Assembly (NCBI GenBank): GCA_951406725.2
Contig: OX597837.1
Coordinates: 43,586,001 to 43,650,000, forward strand
Origin: Octopus vulgaris
Taxonomy: Eukaryota
DNA length: 64,000 bases
Reading direction: 5' to 3'
Shown: one piece after another, positions 28,543 to 40,814 of the stretch
Position numbering within the stretch: the first letter of the stretch is position 1
Layout of the letters: the number at the start of each line of letters is the position of its first letter
Notes under the pieces: model-generated
Told to the model about the DNA's origin: nothing
The model's input: the letters and a program-made list of their open reading frames with translations, nothing else
Database searches by the model: none
Translations under genes and position numbers: made by a program

Positions 28543-28803
28543 ATTTACATTCTTTATATTTGACAGATATTTGTCCTCATCTTGTTTGTTGTTAACACGT
28601 TCCGACTGACATACCCTCCAGCCTTCTTCAGGTGTCTTGGGGGAAATTTTGAACCTGGGTTCCCATTCCTAAGGTATTATTCGATGTTATTATTATTATT
28701 ATCATTATTATTATTATTATTATAATTATTCAGGTCACTGCTGGGAATCAAACTCGGTATCTTGAGATTAGTAGCCTGCGCCCTTAACCACTACGCCATA
28801 TGC
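28540..28803 (-). mobile_element. tRNA-headed SINE-like element carrying a degenerate hammerhead motif
   Basis: Minus strand: A box TGGCGTAGTGG, B box GAGTTTGATTCCC, (AAT)n linker, then ACAC-CTGAAGA-A-GGCTG...CAGTC-GGAAC-GTGT, and a tail ending in (TA)n. Confidence 0.7.
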
Positions 28804-29267
28804 GTAGGTCAAATATCTGTTAAATGAAAATAATGTAAATAATGTTCATAATTCCTCATCTATTAAATATAAAACTATATATATATATATGTATATATAT
28901 TATTCTTTTATAGATCTAAAATTCTGAAGAACAAACTTGAAACGTTAAAGCCACACTAATTATTTAATCTTTTCATTGAATGTCTAATTTATAATTAGAC
29001 TTTCTTTTGTCTCTGCCTTTCCGTCTTGCTGTCATTCTCGTGCGTAATTTTCAACATCGAAGATTTTTGATTGATGATAAAATGGGGCACCGGCCTTTGC
29101 ATTTGGCTGTCAGGTATTTCCAACTTCCGGAACAAGAACAGCTACGAACAAAGTATCTTGCTGAAGGATATAATGTTTCACCCGTTTCAGAAATCGAACA
29201 CGCAACCTTATGAACAAGAGTCCAACACTCTAACAGTTAAACTAAGGATGTATGCATGTACATATGC

Positions 29268-29311
<44 letters not shown>

Positions 29312-29335
29312 ATGTGTGTGTGTGTATGTATATAT

Positions 29336-29382
<47 letters not shown>

Positions 29383-29383
29383 A

Positions 29384-29420
<37 letters not shown>

Positions 29421-29447
29421 TATATACATATACATATATATATATTT

Positions 29448-29509
<62 letters not shown>

Positions 29510-29968
29510 CTATGCATATATGTACGAATATATGCAAGTGTATATACTGATGTATATATATGAATATATAAATATGTTTGTGTGTCTGTGTGTATATATG
29601 TATGTATGCATGCATGTATACATGTATGTATGTATGTATGTTATATGAGAGTCCTCATTGTCAATAAAAGAATGATTAATTTCAACAGAGCTAAAGAAAA
29701 TCATTATTCAAACAAAACAAGCAACAGTTTTTTTTCACAAGGATTTAATATAGTTTTGTCGACTCTGGGGTATTTCCAGTACTTATTTTATCGATCTTGC
29801 CTGAATGAAAATCAAATCATATCCGGCTGTGTTTGAAAACACAATACAATAGCAGGAAAAAAAAATAGGATAAATGTAATCAACAATAATGAACTTCGGA
29901 TAATAAATTGGTAGAAAAAATACCAAAAAAAATCTGTTTTCATTTTTTAGGAACAAATTTTCTTTTTG

Positions 29969-30009
<41 letters not shown>

Positions 30010-30204
30010 TCTTTATAGTCTGTAGTTTTAGTTGCATGGCATGGAGTGAGTTCGATCGACACAAATCGATGAGTGTCTATTGAAGCCAGTCTGGTCTATC
30101 ATCGAGTAATATTCTCAAATGAACGGGGAAGCTATCTACGGCTTTAGACAGCTAAAGGAAACTCAGGCAATACAAAAAAAAAAAACAAGTTTTTGTCTAC
30201 ATAC

Positions 30205-30334
30205 AGACGCGGGCGTGGCTCTGTGGAAAGAAGCTTGCTTCCTAACCACACGGATCCGGGTTCAGTCCTATTGTATGGCTCGGACCGACCGAAGTCTTGC
30301 AGCTGGATATGGTAGACGAAAATTGGAAGAAGCC

Positions 30335-30340
<6 letters not shown>
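30205..30340 (+). mobile_element. SINE family B, 5' fragment
   Basis: gcgtggctctgtggaaagaagcttgcttcctaaccac...ggtagacgaaaattggaagaagccc. Confidence 0.7.
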
Positions 30341-30396
<56 letters not shown>

Positions 30397-30404
30397 AATG
30401 TGAC

Positions 30405-30598
30405 CGCGTGTGTACCGTTGGCGATTTTTTTTTCCTCTGTCTTCCCTTCTCTGGATCTTTCCTTATCCTATGTTTCCGACGAAGAGCTCCGCTCGAAACG
30501 TTAAATCCTCCTTCTTTCCTGAGCGTCCAATAATACTATATTTCTTCCACGTCCTCGCGTTGTTGTGTTTTTTTGTGCTTTCTTGTTTGGACTAACTT
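30405..30598 (+). mobile_element. Family H1 (subfamily b) unit with minimal hammerhead-like motif
   Basis: TTT-CCGACGA-A-GAGC-TCC-GCTC-GAAAC-GTT-AAA; (TA)n on both sides. Confidence 0.72.
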
Positions 30599-30827
30599 TA
30601 TATATATATATATATATATATATGCGTGTGTGTGTAAGATCTTGGAATCGAGGTGTAGGAAAAAAGTCAGTTTCAAGTAATGCGTAGTAAATATTAAAAA
30701 AAACTTTCAGGGACAATAGCGATTTATTGAATAGAAGGTTGTGCATTTTATTCCTATCGAAGAACGATAAGCTGAAAAAGAAATTTTCTTTCTACAGTAG
30801 GAAATTTAATCTAATTAAGATGTCCTT

Positions 30828-30909
30828 GGCCTGAAGAGTAGCCGGCGGTATACACCGCACTTGGATTTTGCCATTCTGAGGTTCTGCCCGCTATGAAACA
30901 TAGGTAGCC
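30828..30909 (+). ncRNA. Type I hammerhead ribozyme motif
   Basis: Stem I GGC/GCC; CTGAAGA (30831-30837); stem II GTAGC...GCTAT with an inner GCGGT/ACCGC hairpin; GAAAC (30895-30899)-ATAG-GTA (30904-30906). Confidence 0.78.
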
Positions 30910-31059
30910 CGGATCTTTCCTAATCCATTCCGTAACCCATGTTTGTATATATGCATACATACAAACATACATACATACACACGCACACACATATAATATA
31001 TATATATATGTATATATTCTTTTATTCTTTCATATATATATATATATCAAAGAGTGTTC

Positions 31060-31298
31060 TGTATCTTTGTGCCTGTGTTTATCGCCGGCCACCGCTTCAC
31101 AACTGATGTTGATTCGTTTACGCCACCGTCTGTAACCTAACAGTTCGGCAAAGAGACCGATAGAATAAGTACCAGGCTTAGAAAAATAATTAAGTACCGA
31201 GGTCAATACATTCTACTAGAAACACTTCATGGCGATCCCCCAGCATGGCTGCAATCTAATGACTGTACAAGATAGATAAATAAATAAAAAGATAAAGA
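31060..31298 (+). mobile_element. SINE family B, 3' half
   Basis: gttcggcaaagagaccgatagaataagtaccagg...cagcatggctgcaatc. Confidence 0.75.
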
Positions 31299-31986
31299 GA
31301 ATGGTATGCTGCAAGTACTTATTGCTATTGTTATATATATGTTTCAGAAGGGTAAAGTTTTGTAGTAGTTTTGTGCGAAGGACTAATATATCCGTTTAAC
31401 AATTCAAAATAATGATTTTTATTCATCTTAATTCTAACTTCTAACTCAGTACATCTAATTGTATATATTTATCGTTACTTTTCATTAAAAACAAGCCTTC
31501 ATTTTTTTAATGCATTTTTTTAATGCATTTTCGCTTTTTCTTCTTACTTTTCCCATATATCTACCACGTGTAGTGTATTTTTCTCTTTGAAGCCTATTTC
31601 TATTACATATATATATATATGTATGTGTGTGTGTCTGTGTCTGTGTGTGGGTATGTATATATGTATGTATATGTATATGTATATATATATGTATGTATAT
31701 ATATATTAATATGACTTAAAGGATTGGTCGCTGTTTAGTTATATAATTTATGAGTTAGTTATAGATTTACTTATTGAATTTATTTACTGATATTTACAAA
31801 GTGTAAATATGTTTCTTGTTGTAGCTTAATTGATAAGATAATGTTTAATCCTCCCTAGAATTAAGATTGAATGAAAGTGGTCATTTCTTTGGTATGTTTG
31901 TTCCCAAACAGATTGAATGGTACTGCCCAGGTATCACACTGAATCTCTGTTAGAGTTACGTGAAGCCTACATTGGCTGTCCGGTAT

Positions 31987-32215
31987 AGGCGCAGAAGTGG
32001 CTGTGAGGTAAGTAGCTTGCTTACCAACAACATGGTTCCGGGTTCATTCCTACTGCGTAGCACCTTGGTGTCCGTAACTTAGCAGTTCGGCATAAGGGAC
32101 CGATAGAATATGTACTATGCTTCCAAAGAACAAGTCCTGGGGTCGATTTGCTCGACTAAAGGCGGTGCTCCAGTATGGCTGCAGTCAAAATGACTGAAAC
32201 AAGTAAAAGAAAAAA
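31987..32215 (+). mobile_element. SINE family B, internally deleted
   Basis: Head ggcgcagaagtggctgtgaggtaagtagc joined to tail ccgtaacttagcagttcggc...gaaacaagtaaaaga. Confidence 0.85.
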
Positions 32216-32218
32216 ATA

Positions 32219-32359
32219 TTAGGTTGTCCCAAAAGTTCGTAAACACTTGCGAAAATTGAATTTTTACTCGCCAAGTACTAACAAAAACAACAAAAATTAT
32301 TCCTCAAAATAAAGACCATTATTTTCCAAGACTTTCTACGAACTTTTGGGACAACCTTA
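32219..32359 (-). mobile_element. Mariner-derived MITE
   Basis: 23 bp TIRs TTAGGTTGTCCCAAAAGTTCGTA / TACGAACTTTTGGGACAACCTTA (1 mismatch), TA on both sides. Internal minus-strand VLENNGLYFEE* resembles a mariner C-terminus. Confidence 0.88.
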
Positions 32360-32364
32360 TAGAT

Positions 32365-32469
32365 AAATGTTTGCGGAGTGCTCAGCCACTTGCTCATTGA
32401 TTTCACGAGCAAGCTGTTCCGTTCATCGGATCAACTGGAACCCACGTCCTCGTAATCGACGGAGAGCCA
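32365..32469 (+). mobile_element. SINE family D, 3' fragment
   Basis: ggagtgctcagccacttg...ttcacgagcaagctgttccgttcatcggatcaactggaacc. Confidence 0.75.
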
Positions 32470-32600
32470 GTATGCAGTATGTTTGTTTGTATCTATGTAA
32501 TATATGCGCATAATGTATTTATATATGCGTGTATGTATGTGTATATGCATATATGTATGCATGTAATGTATGTATGTATAATATATGTCTCTCTTTCTTT

Positions 32601-32799
32601 CTCTTTTACTTGTTTCAGTCATTTGACTGCGGCCATGCTGGAGCACCACCTTTAGTCGAGCAAATCAACCCCGGGACTTATTCTTTGTAAGCCCAGTACT
32701 TATTCTATCGGATTTCTTTTGCCGAACCGCTAAGTTACGGGGACGTAAACACACCAGCATCGGTTGTCAAGCAATGCTAGGGGGACAAACACAAACACG

Positions 32800-32835
<36 letters not shown>

Positions 32836-33006
32836 CATATATACGACAGGCTTCTTTCAGTTTCCGTCTACCAAATCCACTCACAAGGCATTGGTCGGCC
32901 CGAGGCTATAGCAGAAGACACTTGCCCAAGATGCCACGCAGTGAGACTGAACCCGGAACCATGTGGTTGGTTAGCAAGCTACTTACCACACAGCCACTCC
33001 TGCGCC
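32601..33006 (-). mobile_element. SINE family B, full-length young copy
   Basis: Near-identical to 40033-40443 and 51005-51348: tRNA-like head, ttgggcaagt CORE-like block, internal (TA)/(TG) tract. Confidence 0.92.
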
Positions 33007-33336
33007 TATGTATGTATGTGTGTAAGTGTGCATGTATGTGTATGTTTGTCTTGACATAGCGTTACCGTCGCAAAGCGGCGCCGTTCTTTTCCAATCTTAT
33101 ACGAAAACATTTCCGGTCATGCGGGAATTCTAAGTTGGATGAAAACAGACGTGGGTTGACGAGGAGAGGGATGTCCGACCTCGGAAAAGTTGTCTCAACG
33201 AATTCCGGTTGACCCAAGTATGGCAAAAAGACAAAAAAGAAAAAAAAAATGAAAAACAAAAAAACAAAAAAACGAAAAAAAACGGATGACAGCGACATTG
33301 CTTTGATGTCTTGTTCTTAATTATTACCTTTGTAAG

Positions 33337-33637
33337 TTGATGATGATGATTATGGTGGTGGTGATGGCGATGATGGTGGTGGTGGTGATGATGATGGTGA
33401 TGATGATGATAATGATGATGATGATGATGATGATGATGGTGATGGCGATGATGGTGGTGGTGGTGGTGATGATGGTGATGATGATGATAATGATGATGAT
33501 GATGATGATGATGATGGTGATGGCGATGATGGTGGTGGTGGTGATGATGATGATGATGATGATGATGGTGATGATGGTGATGATGATGGTTATGATGATG
33601 ATGATGGTGATGATGGTGATGATGATGATGGTGGTGG

Positions 33638-33668
<31 letters not shown>

Positions 33669-33699
33669 GTTGATGTTGATGATGATGATGGTGGTGTGG

Positions 33700-33749
<50 letters not shown>

Positions 33750-33971
33750 GTTATGATGATGATGATGGTGATGATGGTGATGATGATGATGGTGATGATG
33801 ATGATGTTGATGTTGATGATGATGATGGTGGTGTGGTGATGATGATGATGATGATGGTGATGATGGTGATGATGATGGTTATGATGATGATGATGGTGAT
33901 GATGATGATGGTGATGGCGATGATGGTGGTGGTGGTGATGATGGTGATGATGATGATAATGATGGTGGTGG

Positions 33972-34003
<32 letters not shown>

Positions 34004-34121
34004 GTGATAGCGATGATGGTGGTGGTGGTGATGATGATGATGATGATGATGATGGTGATGATGGTGATGATGATGGTTATGATGATGATGATGGTGATGA
34101 TGGTGATGATGATGATGGTGG

Positions 34122-34152
<31 letters not shown>

Positions 34153-34162
34153 GTTGATGATG

Positions 34163-34231
<69 letters not shown>

Positions 34232-34377
34232 GTTATGATGATGATGATGGTGATGATGGTGATGATGATGATGGTGATGATGATGATGTTGATGTTGATG
34301 ATGATGATGGTGGTGTGGTGATGATGATGATGATGATGATGATGATGTTGATGTTGATGATGATGATGGTGGTGTGG

Positions 34378-34415
<38 letters not shown>

Positions 34416-34419
34416 GTGG

Positions 34420-34450
<31 letters not shown>

Positions 34451-34484
34451 GTTGATGTTGATGATGATGATGGTGGTGTGGTGG

Positions 34485-34519
<35 letters not shown>

Positions 34520-34523
34520 GTGT

Positions 34524-34554
<31 letters not shown>

Positions 34555-34567
34555 GTTGATGTTGATG

Positions 34568-34599
<32 letters not shown>

Positions 34600-34707
34600 G
34601 TTGATGTTGATGATGGTGATGATGATGATGGTGATGATGATGATGTTGATGTTGATGATGATGATGGTGGTGTGGTGATGATGATGATGATGATGATGAT
34701 GATGTTG

Positions 34708-34767
<60 letters not shown>

Positions 34768-34771
34768 GTGG

Positions 34772-34802
<31 letters not shown>

Positions 34803-34833
34803 GTTGATGTTGATGATGATGATGGTGGTGTGG

Positions 34834-34871
<38 letters not shown>

Positions 34872-34875
34872 GTGG

Positions 34876-34906
<31 letters not shown>

Positions 34907-35140
34907 GTTGATGTTGATGATGGTGGTGGTGATGACGACGACGACGTCGACGCTGAATATAACGATGAAAATTATAACCGTGATGATGGCAGATGATTAT
35001 GATGACGATGATGATGACGATGATGATGGTGGTGGTGAAGATGACGACGGCTACGATGACGACGACGACGACGAAAATAACAATGACGTGAATGATGATG
35101 ATGATGATGATAGTGGTGGTGGTGGTGGTGGTGGTGATGT
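33337..35140. repeat. 1.8 kb (GAT)/(GGT) array with higher-order units
   Basis: Recurring GATGTTGATGTTGATGATGATGATGGTGGTGTGGTG block, 7 times. Confidence 0.95.
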
Positions 35141-35718
35141 TCATCGGCATTTTTAATCCTTCCCACTGGCACACATGGATGGAGATAGAAATATTTCTAG
35201 ATTGACATTGCTTTACTTCTGCCGCCGCTGCTGCTGCTGCTGCTGCTGCTGCTACTGCTACTACAGCTGTTCTTTTTTTGTACTATTTTACCTTACACTA
35301 CTTTTGTTTTTATTGTTATTATGAATATAAAATATGTTATTTTTACTTTTCCATTCATATTTTTTTTTCCTTTTTTAACACATTTTTCATGAATTTCATT
35401 TTCTTTCGTAATTTTTTTTTTTAATACTTTTTACTTATTATTTATTTTTTTTCCTTTTGTGATTCTTTCTCTTACACTTTTGGTTTTCTTAATTTCCTAA
35501 TTTGTCATTCCTGGCTTCAAGATGTGATTTACATTTCCTCGTTCCTTCAAGACTGTCTTTGTAATTCTTTACGTCTTTGTTTTACTTTATTATTATTTTT
35601 ATTTTTTTTTGCTTAAAAAAACATCATTGTTTTAGTTTTTCTTTCTTTCATATACATTTGTTTCGTTATCTTATGTGTGTGTGCATGCGTGTACGTATAC
35701 ATATATATACAATTATAT

Positions 35719-35756
<38 letters not shown>

Positions 35757-35814
35757 GTATATATATGCATATATATATATGCAGACATATATATATACGT
35801 ATACATATATACAA

Positions 35815-35849
<35 letters not shown>

Positions 35850-36152
35850 CTTATATATATATATGTGTGTGTACGCATATTTATACATATATAAATATAC
35901 GCATTTATATTACACACACACACATATATATATATTTATATATATATATATATATATATTTATATACATATGCACATGTATATATAATATATACACAAAA
36001 TATATGCTTACATATATGAGTGTGTATGCGTAGGTATGTATGTATACACACACACATATACATATATACATGCCTCATACGTACATTAATACATATATAC
36101 GTACACACATACATACAAATATACATATACACATACATACATACATACATAC

Positions 36153-36202
<50 letters not shown>

Positions 36203-36868
36203 TCATACATTCATACATGCATACATACATACATATATCATCTGGGTATTTTTCCCTTAAGATTTTTCTCAGAGAACAGGACATCCGACAAGGAGAGACA
36301 GAGCGAGAAAGACAGAGAGAGAGAGAGAGAGAGAGCAAGAAAGAAAGAGTGAAAGAGAGAGTGTGAAAGAGAAGGAGACAGACAGACAGACAAACAAACA
36401 GACAGACAGACAGAAAATATATGAATACAAAATACAAATAATATACAAACAAGAAACAAAAATAATCAATAAACTGATTATTCGTAATATTTATTATTTA
36501 ATGTTACAGTCGTTTTTTTCATTTCATATTTACAATTATACAATTTTGTTTTATTGTTTATCATATTAATCACCATCACCAACATCATCATCATCATCAT
36601 TATTATTATTATTGTTGTTGTTGTTGTTGTGTTGTTATTCTTTGCTGTTTATTTATTAGTGTTTTTTTTCTTCTCTCCTATTACCCCGGATGTAAAGATT
36701 AATGTTTGGTTAGATTATTCGCAAAGCAATAGATAACGGTACCAAGTGCTTATGTCTGAAAGATTTGAGATTTGTTAGCATCTGAGCAACATTGGTTACT
36801 GCCGATCACCCCCGCCCCCTTAATCATACTCTCTCCTCACTATTTTACTTTATTACACACGTGGGTAT

Positions 36869-36899
<31 letters not shown>

Positions 36900-36920
36900 C
36901 ATATATAAACATATATGTAC

Positions 36921-36961
<41 letters not shown>

Positions 36962-37040
36962 TATGTATATATGTATTTATGTATATATTTATACAAGTAT
37001 CTATGTGTACCTTTCTATATATGTATATTCATACACACAC

Positions 37041-37077
<37 letters not shown>

Positions 37078-37174
37078 CGTTCTTGAAAAGTGTGACTTCT
37101 AAAAACATCATTTTGAAATAAATTGAGATATATAATATTGCTGCAACTATATGAATGTTCGTTGTTCATTTTAA

Positions 37175-37390
37175 GCCAACTTCTGCCTGTGTGTGGTCGC
37201 GGCAGAGCATCGAACTGGTGGCGGAACTTGAGGCAATCCGACGCCACTACAAAAGAAGCCAGAATTTGTAAAAACAGATGAGCTCCTGGGAAAAGTTGCA
37301 AGAAGTGAAACTCTATTCCCTGCAGTGTAACCGAGAAAGGAGAATGATGTGCAGTGATACTCATATGGAAGATCCTACTTTGGAATTAAA
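37175..37390 (+). pseudogene. CR1/Jockey-group LINE ORF2 remnant
   Basis: CVWSRQSIELVAELEAIRRHY...MSSWEKLQEVKLYSLQ...IWKIL matches WSP...LExIQR...SYxERLxxLxLYSLxxRR. Confidence 0.7.
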
Positions 37391-37673
37391 GCCTATATGA
37401 GATGTGTATTATTGTTGTGCAACTAATAAATGCTCGTAGCTAAACCAGATAATACAGTGTTGCAGGTAATGTGATTTTCGTCCTTGGGTAGCAACTGTCA
37501 TTTCTCATTTGCTTACCCCGAGAAAGTATAAAAAATGGTTAATATTTCCTTCAAACTTTGCTTTTATTACATTTGATCAAACCTCAAAAGAACCCCTATC
37601 AACACATGGCTTTGGTGCTCCCACAGTACTCCTGCTCATGATCAGAGATGCGCATATAGTCAGCCACTAAAGG

Positions 37674-38010
37674 CGGCCACACAAGGCGGCGAGCTGGCAG
37701 AAACGTTAGCACGCCGGGCGACATGCGTAGCCGTATTTCGTCTGCCGTTACGTTCTGAGTTCAAATTCCGCCGAGGTCGAGTTTGCCTTTCATTCTTTCG
37801 GGGTCGATAAATTAAGTACCAATTACGCACTGGGGTCGATGTAATCGACTTAATCCATTTGTCTGTCCTTGTTTGTCCTCTCTGTGTTTAGCCCCATTTC
37901 GTCTGCCGTTACGTTCTGAGTTCAAATTCCGCCGACTTAATACCTATGTCTGTCCTTGTTTTCCCCTCTATGTTTTCCCCCCTTGTAGGTAGTAAAAAAT
38001 ATATATATAA
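37674..38010 (+). mobile_element. SINE family A with internal duplication and 14 bp TSD
   Basis: TSD TCAGCCACTAAAGG at 37660-37673 and 38011-38024. Confidence 0.9.
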
Positions 38011-38330
38011 TCAGCCACTAAAGGACATGCTTAAATGATTAAGGTCAAGTAATTAACAAACAAATTTGTGGCATTGAACGGAGTATTTGCTCTAACGATA
38101 TTTCCGCTTCAGCAACTCATCGCTGAATCTGTCTGAAATGTAATGAAACGTAAATTAGTATCAAAACATTGGTGTCCAGGTCAGAAAAGCAAAGTTTGAA
38201 GGGAATAGAAATATTTTCCTTTGATTTCTAGATCGAAGCAAGCAAACAGGAAACACCATTTACTGAACAAAAACAAAAAGCAAATCTGTGGTATTGAGCA
38301 GAATATTTGCTATAACGATATTTCTGCCTC

Positions 38331-38565
38331 CGAAGGCGGCGTGCTGGCGGAATTGTTAGCACGCCGGGCGAAATGCGTAGCTGTATTTCGTCTGGCGTTA
38401 CGTTCTGAGTTCAAATTCCGCCGAGGGCGACTTTTCCTTTCATCATTTCGGGGTCTATAAATTAAGTACCAGTTACGCACTGGAGTCGATGTAATCGACT
38501 TAATCCATTTGTCTGTCCTTGTTTGTCCCCTCTGTGTTTAGCCCCTTGTGGGCAATAAGGAAACA
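38331..38565 (+). mobile_element. SINE family A with TSD
   Basis: TSD GATATTTCTGC(C/T)TC at 38317-38330 and 38566-38579. Confidence 0.9.
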
Positions 38566-38880
38566 GATATTTCTGCTTCAGCAACTCTGTCTGAAACTGT
38601 TTGAAATGTAATGGAAAATAGGTCAGTTTTATACCATTGATGTCCAGGTCTCAAAACCTTGAAGGGAATAGTAGCCCTTCCTCCCCTGCTGCTTCTGCTC
38701 ATGATCAGTGATATCACATATTGTCAGCCACTAAGGGACATAATCAAGTGGTTAAGGTCAAATAACTGACAAGCAAATCTTTGGTTTTGAGCAGAGTATT
38801 TGCTATAACGATATTTCCTCTTCAGTAATTCAGCGCTGAAGCTGTCTGAAATGTAATGGAACATGTTTTAGTTTCAAAAT

Positions 38881-39062
38881 TTGTTTGTTCCTTCTCGAGC
38901 CACCCCTGGCTCATAAGGGCCGGTTTCCCAGTTTCCTCGGCGTATAGGTTTCCCACCTGGACGGCACGCCGGTCCGTCCCAGGTGAGCTGCAAAATGCAG
39001 GAGGAAAGAGTGAGAGGAAGTTGTGGCGAAAGAGTCAGCAGAAGTTCGCCATTACCTTCTGG
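38881..39062 (-). mobile_element. SINE family C (V-like), 3' half
   Basis: Reverse complement of 47550-47735. Confidence 0.8.
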
Positions 39063-39214
39063 CCTCACTATCACTTGGTTTCGGATCCGGTTTCACTGCG
39101 CGCCAATTTCCATAGTGTGAGATCGTAGTTGGATAAACAGAACACCATGTGAGTAGCTCTTTAGAGTGGCTGTTACTTTTTTTTCCTGAAGGGTAGATAT
39201 TATCCGCCGCATAG

Positions 39215-39215
39215 T

Positions 39216-39288
<73 letters not shown>

Positions 39289-39512
39289 CAACACCACCAA
39301 CGCTACTAATCCTACCGCTACTACTACTACTACCAACACCACCAACGCTACCAGTCCTACCGCTACTACTACTACTACTAACTCTACTACTACAATCACT
39401 ACAAATACTACCACCAACACTACAACAACAACAACCACTACTACAAAGAACAATAATAATAAAGATGATGATGATGTTGTTGATGATGATGATGATGATG
39501 ATAATAATAATA
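39215..39512. repeat. (TAC)n/(CAA)n/(GAT)n/(AAT)n compound array
   Basis: Directly visible. Confidence 0.93.
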
Positions 39513-39514
39513 AA

Positions 39515-39810
39515 TTGGCATCTATAATAGCGAATGGCGCATATAAATTCTTGGACAATAGGATGTTATTCCCAGTGGAACAAAAGGGATAGAAAAGGAG
39601 TTCGTATGGATGTAAGGACCGATTTCTGATTGAGAAAACGGTCATTGAAAACTGCAAATCGAAAACGCAGAAACCTTAGCACAGTTTCGATAGATTACAA
39701 GAAGGCTTTTGAAAGTATTCCCACTTCATGGATCATCAAGGCCCTGGAAATTTACAAGGTGGCTCCAACAATTGTAAACTTTTTGAAAGCAAACATGAAT
39801 TCGTGGAGAC
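39515..39810 (+). pseudogene. R4/Dong-like non-LTR retrotransposon RT fragment
   Basis: LFPVEQKG*KRSSYGCKDRFLIEKTVIENCK...RRNLSTVSIDYKKAFESIPTSWII (EQKG/GCKD/IDYKKAFD motifs). Confidence 0.82.
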
Positions 39811-40032
39811 AGAGCCGAAGCAGAGACAGTAAAAACTTTGAAGGCTAAGTCATGGAGGACTTTGGGTTTAAGTTGGACTCTGGCATTAGATCGGCCAGTA
39901 ACATATTCTAGAAAGACCATCCATCGGATATATTTATCCTCTAAAATTAGTGATCTTGTGCCTGGTTTAAAAATCAATATTCGATCGGTGTTTGATGGTA
40001 AACGTTACTTTATAATTCTTCTTTGGCAGACT

Positions 40033-40239
40033 CTCTCTTTTACTCTCTTTTACTCTTTTACTTGTTTCAGTCATTTGACTGCGGCCATGCTGGAGCACCG
40101 CCTTTAGTCGAGCAAATCGACCCCGGGACTTATTCTTTGTAAGCCCCGTACTTATTCTATCGGTCTCTTTTGCCGAACCGCTAAGTGACGGGGACGTAAA
40201 CACACCAGCATCGGTTGTCAAGCAATGTTGAGGGGACAA

Positions 40240-40274
<35 letters not shown>

Positions 40275-40443
40275 CATATACGACAGGCTTCTTTCAGTTT
40301 CCGTCTACCAAATCCACTCACAAAGCATTGGTCGGCCCGGGGCTATAGTAGAAGACACTTGCCCAAGATGCCACGCAGTGGGACTGAACCCGGAACCATG
40401 TGGTTGGTTAGCAAGCTACTTACCACACAGCCACTCCTGCGCC
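40033..40443 (-). mobile_element. SINE family B, full-length young copy
   Basis: Near-identical to 32601-33006. Confidence 0.92.
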
Positions 40444-40814
40444 TGTCTATAAACTAAATCGTCTGGGTTTTGCAAATAACTCAAACTATCATACAGAATT
40501 GTTTGCTAACTATCAGAAATGTCATTAAAACAAGGCGGCCATGATTGATTTCTATCGAAACCACGTTTGAAGTATTGCCAGGCTCGAAGTGTTGAAAGTG
40601 ATAGTCTTAAGGTATGCCGTGGTTACTCTTTTCCCTAAAGCAAAAGTATAGATAAAACGATTTGTCTCTTTGTTTTGTTTTTTTCTTTGTTTTTCTTGTT
40701 TCTTTTTTTTTTGTTTTTCGTGTGTATGTATTAGGATAAATCTTTTGTGTGAGTGTTGATTCTGACGACGTCGCTTTGATGTCGTGTTCTTAATAATTAT
40801 ACTGTCGTAAGTCG

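Larger units (their letters stand above)
37510..38870. repeat. Locally reiterated ~250-300 bp repeat unit interrupted by two SINEs
   Basis: ctgctcatgatcag...tcagccactaa...gttaaggtcaa...caaatctgtggtattgagcagaatatttgctataacgatatttc...tctgaaatgtaatg recurs 2-3 times. Confidence 0.75.

Noticed and set aside
33337-35174. Met-rich or His-rich ORFs, superficially reflectin- or beak-protein-like
   Set aside because: No reflectin motif, pure triplet repeat, and recurrent 1 bp frameshifts.
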